From positions 1 through 64,000 of the forward strand of contig JANRKS010000027.1 of NCBI GenBank assembly GCA_033763315.1: a DNA stretch of 64,000 nucleotides, in the 5' to 3' direction. Source of the DNA: Deltaproteobacteria bacterium (GTDB taxonomy: Bacteria > Myxococcota_A > Polyangia > Fen-1088). Within the stretch, counting starts at the first letter, position 1. Every line of letters starts with the position of its first letter. The notes below the pieces were generated by a model. The model saw only the letters and a list, made by a program, of their open reading frames with translations, did not search any database and was not told the origin of the DNA. Positions 27,798 through 39,600 of the stretch are shown piece by piece. The translations under genes were made by a program, and so were the position numbers.

Positions 27798-27863
27798 AAG
27801 TCTGGGCGAGGTTACGTTTTAAGCTCAGGCTTCGTACCCGCGCTGCCGATGCCATCCGCGTAG

Positions 27864-28787
27864 ATGACCTTGCCTTCGGCACCCACGAGTGCAGACAGCG
27901 GAACCGTTGAACACCTACTGAAGCCGGCGGATCCGGAAGTGGCCGAGCTGCGCTTTGCACTCGATCAAATTGGAATCTCACTAAGCACTTCGCAAACGCC
28001 TCCCCGTCGCAGCTTGCCGGAGGTCGCAACGGAGCTCTTACGCGTGGTGCAGAATCCCAAGACCGACGTCGCTGCGATAGAACGCATCGTCTCGCGCGAT
28101 CCCTTCGTCAGCGCTCAGGTTCTGTCAGTGGCAAACTCGGCGCTTTACTCGCCGCGCAGCCCGATCACCAGCATCAAGGATGCGGCCGTGCGCATCGGAA
28201 TGGAAGCCGTGCGTGACATCGCCTTGATGGTGATCACCACGTCGCGCATGTTCCGTGTGGCAGGGCTGGAAAGACAAACCACCATTCTTTGCAACCGCGC
28301 CGTTGTTACCGCTGTGGCCTCGCGAAAGATCGCGCAGCTGTTGGGCGCGAACACAGATTTCGCATTTCTCGCCGGCCTGCTGCACGACGTTGGGCATTTG
28401 CTGATACTGGAACAAGCCTCGAACGACGGATTGGTGTCGCGGCATTTGCTTGGCAACGCCGATTTGCTTACCGTGCTGTTCGAGAAGTCAGGGCAATACC
28501 ATCAAAGTGTGGGCGCCGTTGCGTGCGCTGGATGGAAGCTGCCGCAGGCAGCCGTTGATGCGGCTTTGTTCCATCACCGTTACCGTCACGAAGGTAAGCA
28601 TTATCTGGCAGCTCACTTGGTCGCCGTGGCTGACACGGTGGCCGACGCCCTAGGCGTGGGTTGCACCCCCTTGCCAATCACGGCCGATCACCCGCCTTTT
28701 TCTGACATGGGCCTAAAGCCAGCGATGGTCAAAGCCCTGCTTGAAGAAACGCGCGCCATCTCAGTGTCGCTGGGCGTGCCCATTTAG
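27864..28787 (+). CDS. HDOD domain protein
   Basis: SLPEVA...DPFVSAQVLSVANS...AFLAGLLHDVG. Confidence 0.9.
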   Translation: MTLPSAPTSADSGTVEHLLKPADPEVAELRFALDQIGISLSTSQTPPRRSLPEVATELLRVVQNPKTDVAAIERIVSRDPFVSAQVLSVANSALYSPRSPITSIKDAAVRIGMEAVRDIALMVITTSRMFRVAGLERQTTILCNRAVVTAVASRKIAQLLGANTDFAFLAGLLHDVGHLLILEQASNDGLVSRHLLGNADLLTVLFEKSGQYHQSVGAVACAGWKLPQAAVDAALFHHRYRHEGKHYLAAHLVAVADTVADALGVGCTPLPITADHPPFSDMGLKPAMVKALLEETRAISVSLGVPI

Positions 28788-28820
28788 AATCTCGCGCCCG
28801 AGCTGCTAGATTGCGCGGTT

Positions 28821-29561
28821 ATGCGCACTATTTCGGCAGCGTCGGTGATGGTTCTTGCTCTGGGTCTTTCGCCGGTGGCTTTGGCAACCCCTTCGGGCTT
28901 GGTTCAACCCAATGGCCGTTTGGAACTGGACTTTGGTTTTGGCTTGGCCCACAGAGATCCGCCCGACGTTACCGGCATGGGCTTTAACATCGAAGGGAAA
29001 TACGGATTGGGCGGCGGCACGGAGTTCGGCTTCCGCACGGCGGTTCGCAGCGACGATGGACGTGGCACCGGCGCTGACGTTTACGCGCGGCCCTTTGATC
29101 GCGAGACATTCGGCACGGGCGGTGACACGTTCGCCAACCCCGAACTGCGATTGCGTCAGTTGGTCACAAGCGCGCTTGCGCTTGAGGCGCGTGTGTATGT
29201 GCCGTTTGACGGCCCCTTCGGCTTCATGTTGGCTGCGCCGCTGCAACTATCGGGCGGCAACCTGCGCTTTGACTCGGGTGTGTATGTGCCCATCATCTTT
29301 GCCGATCCATCCACATTGAGCTGGGTCAGCATCCCCGCACAGCTGTGGTTTTACGCTGGCAGCGCGTGGCATATCGGCTTGCTGTCGGGTGCGCGTTTAT
29401 CGAACCCTGGCGGCGATTGGAGCGTGCCCGTGGGCGTAGGCCTTGACCGCACCCTGTCGCAGGCCGCCGACTTGGTGATGTGGTTTCTGTTTCCGGACAT
29501 CACACAAGACAGCGCCGCCAAACAATTTGGCGCCGGTGTGGGTTTACGCATCCGGATCTAG
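28821..29561 (+). CDS. Exported protein, possible outer-membrane beta-barrel
   Basis: Signal peptide, alternating amphipathic strands, C-terminal GVGLRIRI. Confidence 0.6.
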   Translation: MRTISAASVMVLALGLSPVALATPSGLVQPNGRLELDFGFGLAHRDPPDVTGMGFNIEGKYGLGGGTEFGFRTAVRSDDGRGTGADVYARPFDRETFGTGGDTFANPELRLRQLVTSALALEARVYVPFDGPFGFMLAAPLQLSGGNLRFDSGVYVPIIFADPSTLSWVSIPAQLWFYAGSAWHIGLLSGARLSNPGGDWSVPVGVGLDRTLSQAADLVMWFLFPDITQDSAAKQFGAGVGLRIRI

Positions 29562-29602
29562 CGTCGCGCGGGCTCGACCGCGAACTGGTGTATCATGAAA
29601 CG

Positions 29603-30904
29603 ATGAGCGAGCCCCAGCTGCCACGCGGCCGCCTTTATGCCCGCGCCATCTTCATCGGATGGTTGCTCGCGGCGCAGGGCTTGGCTTGGCTTGGCGGCTG
29701 GGTGTGGTTGCGGTTGCGGCTGAAGAATAAGGCGGAACGCAAAGAGTGGTTTGCGCACAACGTGTTGGCGCTGTTTCGCAAGCTCGGCGCCACGTTCATC
29801 AAGGTGGGCCAGATCATGAGCACACGGCCCGATCTGTTGCCTGGCCACATCACACGCGCGCTGGAACACCTGCAAGATGACGTGGGCCCCTTCCCATTCG
29901 CCCAGGTGCGCGAGATTCTGATTGCCGATCTGAAGCGCCCGCTTGAGGAAGTGTTTGCAGAGCTTGCGCCAGTGCCCATTGCATCGGCATCCGTATCTCA
30001 AGTGCATAAGGCGCGCTTGCCTGATGGGCGCGTGGTGGCCGTGAAAGTGCGGCGGCCCGACATTCACGAGATCTGCACCTTCGACCTCGCCGTCATGCGC
30101 TTCGTGGCGCGCACGCTGGCTCGCCTGCCTCGGTTTGCCAACCTAGATCCAGAAGGTGCCGTGTCGCAGTTCGGGCACGCCGTGATGGAGCAATTGGATT
30201 TTCGCAAAGAAGCACAGAACAGCCGGCGCTTTCGCCAGAACTTCGCCGGCGATCGTGACGTGGTGTTCCCCGAAGTATTCGAAGACCTGTGCAGCGCCCG
30301 TGTGCTGTGCATGACCTTCATCGAAGGCACGAAGATCTTGGCGGTGGGCAACACGCGGTTTGATCCGCAGCACGTGGCGCGCGTGGGCCTGCGGGCTTTG
30401 TTAAAGATGATCTTCGAGGACGGCTTCGTTCACGCGGATCTGCACCCCGGCAACATCCTGGTGACCTCCTCAGGCACAGTGGCGCTGCTTGACGTGGGTT
30501 TGGTGGGCGAGCTGGATGTGCCCCACCGCGAACAGTTTGCGCGTTTCTTCGCGTCGTGGGCCACGCGCGATGGCGACACCATGGCCAAGCTGATGCACAG
30601 CATGTCGGCCGACCGACCCATTGACCCCGAAGCGTTTGAAAAGTTCCGCGCCGCGATCATCGAATTTGTGGGCAAGTATTGGGGCCAGAGGCTGGGGCAA
30701 GTTCAGGTGGGGCGCGTCCTGCTCGATTTGATGGCGATCCTGCGGCAACACCGCATTCGCATGAACCCCACGTTTACAATTGTGAACATCGCCATCGCCG
30801 TGACCGAGGGCATCGGCAAGCAGCTCGATCCTCAGCTCGACGTGATGAGCGAGGCGCTGCCGTTTTTCATGGCCCATCCGGTGCACAAAGCTGACCACGC
30901 GTAA
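29603..30904 (+). CDS. ABC1/UbiB (AarF) family atypical kinase
   Basis: LGATFIKVGQ (KxGQ), PIASASVSQVH, VAVKV, HADLHPGN, LLDVG. Confidence 0.93.
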   Translation: MSEPQLPRGRLYARAIFIGWLLAAQGLAWLGGWVWLRLRLKNKAERKEWFAHNVLALFRKLGATFIKVGQIMSTRPDLLPGHITRALEHLQDDVGPFPFAQVREILIADLKRPLEEVFAELAPVPIASASVSQVHKARLPDGRVVAVKVRRPDIHEICTFDLAVMRFVARTLARLPRFANLDPEGAVSQFGHAVMEQLDFRKEAQNSRRFRQNFAGDRDVVFPEVFEDLCSARVLCMTFIEGTKILAVGNTRFDPQHVARVGLRALLKMIFEDGFVHADLHPGNILVTSSGTVALLDVGLVGELDVPHREQFARFFASWATRDGDTMAKLMHSMSADRPIDPEAFEKFRAAIIEFVGKYWGQRLGQVQVGRVLLDLMAILRQHRIRMNPTFTIVNIAIAVTEGIGKQLDPQLDVMSEALPFFMAHPVHKADHA

Positions 30905-30951
30905 ACCGGGATTTCCGAGGCGCCTGCGGGGCTGCTAGGCTGCGGCCCGCC

Positions 30952-32220
30952 ATGAGCCAAGATTCTCACCCCCTGTCAGCCTTCCGTCCCGTCCCTCGCA
31001 CTGGCGTTATTTACGTCACCACGGAGGCCGGCAAGGCCGGGTTTGATCCAGCCGACGCCGACTGGTGCAACCTGGGTCAAGGCCAACCGGAGACAGGTTT
31101 TCTGCCTGGCGCCCCTGATCGCATGCCCTCGGTGCCCGTAAACCCCGGCGATGTGGATTACGCGCCCATCCCTGGCATTTGGGAATTGCGTGAAGCGATC
31201 GCGCAGCTTTACAACCGGCTTTACCGCCGCGGGCACAAATCGCAATACACCGCCGAAAACGTGAGCGTTTCGGGTGGCGGCCGCGCGGCGCTCACGCGCG
31301 CGTGCGCCAGCTTGGGCCCGATCAATCTGGGCCACTTCTTGCCTGACTACACAGCCTACGAAGAGCTGTTGGATATTTTCAAAGCGTTCACCGCCATTCC
31401 GATCTTGTTGGAAGGCGATCGTGGTTATGCGTTTTCGCCCGAAGATCTGCGACGCGAGATCCAAGGCCGCGGGTTGGGCGCTTTGTTGCTTTCGAATCCG
31501 TGCAACCCCACCGGCAAATTGGTGCAAGGCGAAGATCTAGAAAAGTGGGTGGGCTTGGCCCGCCAGTTCGATTGCTGCATGTTGCTGGATGAGTTCTATT
31601 CGCACTACATCTGGACGGCGCGGCCCGGTTCACTGCCGATCGAAAGCGCGGCTCGTTACGTTGAAGACGTGGATAAGGATCCGGTGGTGATCTTTGATGG
31701 CCTGACCAAGAACTGGCGTTACCCTGGCTTGCGCGTGACGTGGACCCTCGGTCCCAAATCTGTGATCGAAACATTGGGCAGCGCGGGCTCATTCTTAGAC
31801 GGCGGCGGCAACCGGCCGGCACAGCGCGCGGCCGTTGCGCTGCTCAGCGAGGATCATGTGCAACGTGAAACGATGGCCATTCACGAGGCGTTTCGCGAGA
31901 AAAGACAACTGATGTTGTCGCGCCTGGAACGCATGGGCGTGCGCTTTGATCGCGCACCGGAAGGCACCTTCTATGTGTGGGGCAACGTTTCGAAACTGCC
32001 GGCGCCGCTTAACGACGGCATGAGCTTCTTTCGTGCGGCCTTGGCTGAAAAAGTCATCACAGTGCCAGGTGAGTTTTTCGACGTGAATCCCGGCAAGCGG
32101 CGCAGCGGCCAGCACTCGCGCTTTCGCTCGTATGTCAGGTTCTCGTTTGGGCCCGAACGAGCTCAGCTTGAAAAAGCTCTTGATCGTTTAGATGCCCTGG
32201 TCGCGCGCGTTTCGTCATAA
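30952..32220 (+). CDS. PLP-dependent aminotransferase class I/II
   Basis: SNPCNPTG, DEFY, GLTKNWRYPGLR (PLP lysine), YVRFSF. Confidence 0.92.
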   Translation: MSQDSHPLSAFRPVPRTGVIYVTTEAGKAGFDPADADWCNLGQGQPETGFLPGAPDRMPSVPVNPGDVDYAPIPGIWELREAIAQLYNRLYRRGHKSQYTAENVSVSGGGRAALTRACASLGPINLGHFLPDYTAYEELLDIFKAFTAIPILLEGDRGYAFSPEDLRREIQGRGLGALLLSNPCNPTGKLVQGEDLEKWVGLARQFDCCMLLDEFYSHYIWTARPGSLPIESAARYVEDVDKDPVVIFDGLTKNWRYPGLRVTWTLGPKSVIETLGSAGSFLDGGGNRPAQRAAVALLSEDHVQRETMAIHEAFREKRQLMLSRLERMGVRFDRAPEGTFYVWGNVSKLPAPLNDGMSFFRAALAEKVITVPGEFFDVNPGKRRSGQHSRFRSYVRFSFGPERAQLEKALDRLDALVARVSS

Positions 32221-32247
32221 CTTTTTGTTCAACGCCGGCGCCAGCCG

Positions 32248-32263
32248 TGGCACGCGTGTTGCT
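32248..32263 (+). promoter_or_regulatory. Sigma-54 promoter, consensus match
   Basis: TGGCAC-GCGTG-TTGCT, 12 nt before ATG 32276. Confidence 0.8.
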
Positions 32264-32275
32264 GCTGTTTTGCGC

Positions 32276-32518
32276 ATGGTAAACGCAAATCAAATCAAAC
32301 CGCACACGCCCGTCGTTTGTTCAAACAACGGGCAATTCGCCGAAGTCGATCACGTCGAAGGCACCACCAGCATCAAGCTTAAGCGCGATGACAGTGGCCA
32401 ACACCATTATATTCCGTTGAGTTGGGTCACTTTCGTGGACGACAAGGTGCACGTGGATCGCCCCGGTGAGCAGGCGATGCAGGAGTGGAGCAACCAACCT
32501 CCGTCAGGAAACGCATAA
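32276..32518 (+). CDS. DUF2171-like small protein
   Basis: IKPHTPVVCSNN...VDHVEG...IKLKRD..GQHHYIPLSWV. Confidence 0.8.
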   Translation: MVNANQIKPHTPVVCSNNGQFAEVDHVEGTTSIKLKRDDSGQHHYIPLSWVTFVDDKVHVDRPGEQAMQEWSNQPPSGNA

Positions 32519-32558
32519 CGGTTTCAACATACAGCACCGTTACGTCAAGCCCTCTTAA

Positions 32559-32855
32559 GTGCGGGCGAGTTACGTGACGGTGCGATCGGATTGTTCATTG
32601 TTCGCGGCAATTGTTGGTTGGGCCAGTTCGGCCATCTTGTGCGGTACGCTCATCGCACAGGTTTATAAGCAATGGAAGGCAAAGCGCGCCGCGGGCGTAT
32701 CGCCTTGGCTGTACGTCGGGCAAACGGCGACATCGGCCGGTTTCGTCACATACAGCGCCCTCAGAGGCGATATGGTTTTCATCGTGACCAACAGCGTTTT
32801 GCTGGTGGTGGCCTTGGTAGGTGTGTGGATCGATCGACGCTCACACAAGACGTAA
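32559..32855 (+). CDS. SemiSWEET/PQ-loop-like small membrane protein
   Basis: Three TM helices, QVYKQWK...GVS, FIVTN; start uncertain. Confidence 0.75.
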   Translation: MRASYVTVRSDCSLFAAIVGWASSAILCGTLIAQVYKQWKAKRAAGVSPWLYVGQTATSAGFVTYSALRGDMVFIVTNSVLLVVALVGVWIDRRSHKT

Positions 32856-32856
32856 G

Positions 32857-33465
32857 CTACGGCGGCATCCACTTGGCGCCGGTCTCACAATCCACGTGCC
32901 AAAGCCGCAGTTGAGCGGGCGTCAGCTCAAGCACGCCAAACGCGATCGGCAGCGCAAACCGACGCGGCCCGATCGAGCCCGGGTTGAAGATCGTAAGGCC
33001 TTTGTCCACGCCAATGAAGGGCACGTGGGAGTGGCCGCATACAACGATCTGGGCGTGCTTTTGTGTGGCCGCACGTGCAGCGTCAGCGCGCAGCTTCGGG
33101 CCATTGACACCAATATGCAGCAGCAGGAGGCGCGCAAGGGGTGCCTCGCCCTCCCCCGCTCCCAAGTCGATGGCGAGGTGATCTGGCAACGACGGTGCGT
33201 GACCATCGATGTTGCCCCGCACAGCAAGCACGGGCGCGATCTGCGCCAGCTGCTCAAGCACATCTAGATCGCCGATGTCTCCCGCGTGCAAGATCGCCTC
33301 GGGTTTGTGTGACGCTATCAGTGCCGCGCTGTTGGGGTGCGGCTGGCTGTGCGTGTCCGCGACAACCACCAGGCGCAGACCGCCGTCGGCACGGCAAGGC
33401 ACGCTCGCCTGCTTTTCGAGCAGCGGCGCGCCACCGCCCCAGGCGCTCTTGCGTGCGTAAGCCAT
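32857..33465 (-). CDS. Metallophosphoesterase (YfcE-like)
   Basis: DTH, HAGD, RGNID, GHSH, NPGS motifs. Confidence 0.92.
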   Translation of the reverse strand: MAYARKSAWGGGAPLLEKQASVPCRADGGLRLVVVADTHSQPHPNSAALIASHKPEAILHAGDIGDLDVLEQLAQIAPVLAVRGNIDGHAPSLPDHLAIDLGAGEGEAPLARLLLLHIGVNGPKLRADAARAATQKHAQIVVCGHSHVPFIGVDKGLTIFNPGSIGPRRFALPIAFGVLELTPAQLRLWHVDCETGAKWMPP

Positions 33466-33641
33466 CGCGAGACACTAGGCGGTGGCCAGATCCGGTGCAA
33501 GCAACGGCGCCGCTGCTCTCGACGGGCGCTGGACGGCGTGAGCATGCTGCCGGACATCGGGCGACATGTGGGCAAACTCTTTTTACGTTCACATAAATAT
33601 CAGCATAAAGAATGTAATGAATATAACCGAGTTTATTATGC

Positions 33642-36600
33642 ATGAAGTTCGGGGCCCGTGGGCGGTCGCTCGGGAGCGCGTGGATTGCGCTGATCCTCGG
33701 ACTTTTGTCTACGGCGTGCGGCGACAACAGGGGCCCTGAATCTGTTCACCGGGCCCTTCCCAACCGCAACGTCCTGCAAACCTCAGATGGCGTGCAGTAC
33801 CAAGCACACGAAGTGATCGTGAAGCCTGCGGCAGGGTTGGCGGCAACCGATTTGGATCCTTTGCTCGCATCCATGGGCGCGTCTCGCTCGCAAGAAGCGG
33901 TGGATCCCGCGTGGCCCTATCTCAAAATTCAGTTGCCCGCGAGCATGACGGCGGATGAAGCCATCGTGCAGTTACGTGCGGCTGGGCTCGTGCAAAGCGC
34001 CGAACGAAATTTTATCATCATGCCGTTTGCGAACGCGGTCACGCCGAACGATCCGCGCTTCGGTGAGCTGTGGGGCTTGAAGAAGATCCAAGCGCCAGAA
34101 GCGTGGTCGTTCGGCACGGGCTCGGCCACCATTGTGGTGGGCATCAGCGACACAGGCGTTGATTACAACCACCCTGACCTTGCCGCGAACATTTGGACCA
34201 ACCCCGGTGAGATTGCCGGCAATGGTAAAGACGATGACAACAACGGCTATGTCGATGACGTGCGCGGTTGGGATTGGTTAAACAACGACAACGATCCCAT
34301 GGACGATCACGGACACGGCACACACGTCTCCGGCACGATCGGCGCCGTGGGCAACGAGGGTGTGGGCGTGGCAGGCATCAACTGGCGCGTAAAGCTTGTG
34401 CCTTTGCGCTTCTTGGGAAGCTCGGGCGGCACGCTGTGGGCAGGCGCGCAAACGATCTTGTATGCCGCAAAAATCAAAGCGCGTGTGTTGAACGCCAGCT
34501 GGGGTTGCAGCGGGCCGTCTTGTTACTCGTCGTATCTAGAAGATGCGATCAAGCAGCTCAACACGGCGGGCGGATTGTTCGCCGCCGCGGCAGGCAACAA
34601 TTACGGCAACAACAACGACAGCTATCCCACGTATCCAGCGAACTACGATGTGGCAAACGTGCTGGTGGTGGCGGCCACCGATAGCAACGACAACCTGGCC
34701 AACTTCTCGAACTATGGGCCCACGAAGGTGCACATCGCCGCCCCTGGGGTCAGCATCTTGAGCAGCCTTCCCGGCAACAAATACGCGGCGTGGAACGGCA
34801 CCTCGATGGCCACGCCGCATGTGGCGGGGGTGGCCGCGTTGATCCTCTCGAATCAGCCAAACCTCACCGTGGCGCAGCTGCGAGACAAAATCTTGAGCAC
34901 CGCCGATAAGGTTAGCGCGCTGACCGGCAAGGTATCGTCAGGCGCGCGGCTCAACGCTCAAAAGGCTGTGTTTGCCGACAATGTGCCGTCCGCCGTGCCC
35001 GCCAACCTCAAAGCCACGCCCGGTGTGCGTAACGATGTCACTGTGACGTTCGATGCGGTGGCCGACGCTGACGTGGCCGCGTACCGCGTGTTCTGGGGCA
35101 CCACGAGCTTGGCGTATACGGAGCAACGCGATCTCGCAATCGATCAAACCCAGCTCTATCTCAGCGGTCTGCCAGCGGGAAAAACTCACTTCTTCACCGT
35201 GCAAGCGATCGATCGCGCCGGCAACGCCAGCGCCAAGGCTCCTGAAGTCTCGGCAGGCATTGTGGATGCCACGCCACCGCCGCAAGTGATCGACTTGCAA
35301 GCCAACACGATCCCCGGCAACCCCGCTTTGGTGCACGTCTCAACCGCAAGCGGGCAGTTCTCGTCGTATTGGGCGGCGTCGTTTGCAGCCGATGGCAACA
35401 TCGATACAGCGTGGGTGTCACCCGGGCGTTTTGTGCCACAAGAAGAGTCCATCGTGGTGGCCCTTGAATCGCCGTACATGATCGATCGTGTCGAGCTCAC
35501 ACCACCGCCCGCCTACCCCCAGTTCTTCCCCATCGACTTCGACATTGATGTGTCGCCTGACGGCCAAGATTGGACCACCGTGGGCGGCATGCGCAATGCG
35601 AAGGTGGGCGCAGGCCAAACGCTGCCCATCTTCTTCCCCGGCACGTTCGCCGCGGCCGTGCGTGTGCGTGTGTTGACGTCGCGGGTTCACGACTCGGGAC
35701 TATCTTATGCTGGCATCGCAGAGATCGCGGTGCGTGAGATGTCATCAAACCCTGACGGCATCGAGTTGCGGTTCACCGCCCCCGGTGACGATCCCGGCAG
35801 CGGCGCGGCCACAACCTATGAGCTGCGGTATTCGACAAGCCCCATCACAGAGAGCAACTTCAGCGCCGCCACGCGCGTGAACACGTCGCAGCCCGCCGTC
35901 TCGGGCTTGACAGAGATCGTTTCGGTGGCCGGCATGGCGGGCGAAAGCGGCTACTACTTTGCCGTGCGCGCGATCGACGACGGCAACAATGTTTCGCCGC
36001 TCTCGAACGTGGCTCACACGCAGCCCCTCACGATTCCGCCCGGTGGCATCAATGATCTTCGCCAAAGCGATGGCGGGCCCACGTGGGTGAAACTTTCGTG
36101 GACCGCGCCCGGCGGTGACGGCGCCTTGGGCCGCGCGGCAAACTATGAGATTCGAATGTCTTCGGAGCCCATCACGCCTGGCAACTTCGGCGCGGCGCCA
36201 TTGCTGCCAAACCTGCCCTTGCCCAGCGTCTCTGGCACCACCGACAACTACGTTGTGGAGAATCTGCAGGCCAACGTGGTGTATTACGTCGCGGCGCGTG
36301 CGTTCGATGCGCAAGGCACTGTGGGGCCCGTATCGAACGTGGTGACGCTGCGGCTGGAGACGACGCCCGACACCACGCCGCCAGCGATCATCAAAGAGCT
36401 GCAAGTTTATCCCTCGCAAGCGCAGCGCAAACTTTCTATGGTTGCCGAGTCTTCGTCATCGTCGCTTTCAACATCGCTTATCGCCAGCCGGTTGGTGGAT
36501 GGCAACATCGATACGGCGTGGGTGGCCACGTCAGAGGCACTCGACACGCCCGCGTGGGTGGTGTTCGATCTTGGCAGCACAACAGCGCTCACACGCGTGC

Positions 36601-39600
36601 GCATGAACCCGGGCCTGACGTCATCGAACCTGGCCGCTTACCCGCAGGCATTCGAATGGCAAGCGAGTGCCGACAAACAAAACTGGGTGGCCCTGGCGCA
36701 AGTTCAAGATTACAAGGGCCGGCTTGGCGAGTGGGACGAATGGAGCTTTGCCCCCACAAGCACACGTTATCTGCGGCTATGGATCAGCAAACGCGGCGTC
36801 GCGGGCGGCGTGGGTCCGCAATATGTGTGGTTGGGCGAAGTGGAGGCTTATGCGCTAACCCCTGAGCTGGAGGTGGATCTGACTTGGCTCGCGCCCGGCG
36901 ATGACGATTATGTGGGCACGGCCACACGATATGATTTGCGCGTCGGCAACGGCCACATCACGGAGGCGACTTTTGCTTCGGCCACGCCGGTTACCACGGG
37001 AGTGCCCCGCCAAGGCGGCAACATCGAAGTGCTGCATTTGCCACCGTTGCAGCGCGAAGCCCTGCAGTGCTTTCGATTGACCGCCACCGACAACGCCAAC
37101 AACACAAGTGGCCTATCGAACGAAGCGTGCCTGCAAACGCCGGGCATTCCGCCCGCACCCACGTCTGATCTCGCGGCCTCGAGCGTGTCACGCAACGCCG
37201 TGACGTTGACGTGGACCGCCACGGGGGACGACGGCTTGCTTGGCACCGCATCAGCTTATGAGCTGCGCTATAGCACGCAGTTCATCACACCCGATCGATG
37301 GAACTTGGCTTCGGCGTTCGCGGTGGATGCGCCTCGTGCGCCCGGCAGCAAAGAAACCGCCACGGTGACAGGGCTTGCTTCCAACACCACGTATTACTTT
37401 GCAGTCAAAGTTGTGGACGATATGGGCAACCGCTCGCTCGTATCGAACGTGGTTTCGGCACAAACGTTAGATGGCATGACTCCTGCGGGTGTGGTGGATC
37501 TTTCCGCCAAAGTTGTAACCAGTGAACAGACGGCGCCCGCCGCGGCCACGCTGCTGGAATCCACGGGCGCCTATTCATCACAAACCAAAGGCGACAACGT
37601 ATTGGATGGCGATGTCAACACAGCGTGGATCTCCGCGGCACGCGCCGCCATCACAGAGGAGTCGCTGCGTGTTGGGTTCGCCAGCGCCAAGGCAATCGGC
37701 AAAGTTCGGCTGCGCGCGGCACCTGGCTATGTGGATCTGTTCCCCGTAGATTTCCGCGTGGAAACCCGCCCCGACGCCACAAGCGAATGGACCCCGGTTA
37801 TTTCCGAAACGGGATTCACTTCCGCGGGTGACTGGGAAGAATGGGCCATCGGACGCGCCACCGCGCTTGAGGTGCGCTTGGTGGTCACGAAGACGAAGAC
37901 GTGGGCTGGCGCTTACTACACGGCTTTAGGTGAACTGGAAATTTACGAAGACGGCGGCGACAGCACCCGTTTGCAACTGACGTGGACGGCCACGGGCGAC
38001 GACGGCACTGTGGGCAAGGCAACAAGTTACGATGTTCGTCGTGCAAGCAGCAGCATTACGGCCGCTTCATTCACTGCGGCCACGCGTTTAACCGGCGCCC
38101 CCACGCCGCGCACCAGCGGATCGCTCGAGCGCATGGATGCCACAGGGCTTACGCCACGCACGCAGCATTGCTTCGCGCTCACCGCCACGGATGACGTGGG
38201 CCTCACGTCGCCGATATCAAACAGCGCTTGCGCCACCACGCCAGGTTTGCCGCCTGGCACGATTTTGGATCTGTCGGTGGGCGCACTTTCAGCCAATAGC
38301 GCGGTGCTTTCCTTTACGGCCCCGGCCCAGGGCAGCAGCGCGGCCAGCCGCTATGACGTTCGCTTCTCCACCGCGCGCATCAATAGCAGCAACTGGGATC
38401 AAGCCACGCCCGCGACAGGCTTGCTTGCGCCGAAGGCACCAGGTGCCGCCGAGTCGATCACGATCAGCGGCCTTGCCGGCGTCACCACCTATTACTTCGC
38501 CGCACGCGCCGTCGATGCCGATGGGGTCAGCGGCGCGCCCTCGAACAACGCCAAAGGCCGGACGCTCGATAACATCGCGCCCTCTGCGGCGAGCGGTTTG
38601 GTGGCCACCACGGTCACAAGCGCGGGCGGCACAATTCGTGTGGCGTTCACTGCACCCGGTGACAACGGTCCCGTAGGCCAAGCGCTGCGCTACGATGTGC
38701 GCGTATCGCCGACCGACATCAATGCCAGTAACTTCGCGAACGCCACCCCGGTGGCCGCCCCAACACCCAAAGCCGGGGGTCAAACTGAAGCGTTCGACAT
38801 TTCGGGCCTTGGCGCCGAACAGTTGTATTTCGTGGCCTTGCGCGCGGTTGATGCCGCGGGCAATGTGAGCGATCTATCGAACACGGCGAGCGCGCGCACG
38901 CGCGACGAAGCTCCTTCCGCGATATCGGATCTAACGTTTACCGGCGGCAGCGGCACGCAAAACGCGTACCTCGTCTTGCAGTGGACGGCGCCCGGCGACG
39001 ACGGCAGCTTGGGCACAGCCACGGCGTATGAGATTCGCTATTCGACCACGGCGATCACGGCCTCAACGTTCGCGCAAGCGACGTTGGCGGCCGCACCGCC
39101 TTTGCCTAGCATCTCGGGCAGCAAACAAACGTACACGCTCACGGGTCTGCAACCGGGCACCAAATACTACGCAGCTATGCGCGCGGTTGACGATCGCGGC
39201 GTGGTTTCCGCGATGTCGAATGTGGCGTCGTTCAGCTTGCCCGACGAGTGGGCGCCTGACGCGATCACGGATCTCGTCGCACAAACAGGGATCTCGCGCG
39301 GCACAGTAAAGTTGACGTGGACGGCCCCCGGCGACGACGGCCGAACGGGCAAGGCAACAAAGTATGAATTGCGCTACAGCAGCTCGCCTCTGACCACGGC
39401 GAATTTCGCGGCAGGAACGCTGCTCACAGTACCCACGCCCAGCGCCGGTGGCACGGTTTCCACCACAACCCTGGGGGGCCTGCCCGATGAAACGCAGCTG
39501 TACTTCGCGATGCGTGCGCAAGACGATGGCGGCAACTGGAGCGGCGTTTCCAACAGCGCCGCCGCACGCACGCCCGACGTCGCGCCGGCGGCGATCGCAA

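Noticed and set aside
27728-27800. Possible c-di-GMP riboswitch upstream of fliL
   Set aside because: Lacks the GGCAAA...GAAA...GACGCAAAG pattern and lies upstream of the sigma-54 promoter. Better explained as two DNA palindromes.
33575-33641. ArgR box in the AT-rich tract, given argCB nearby
   Set aside because: Only a half-site (AATGAATA) matches, and the tract precedes the protease rather than the arg operon.
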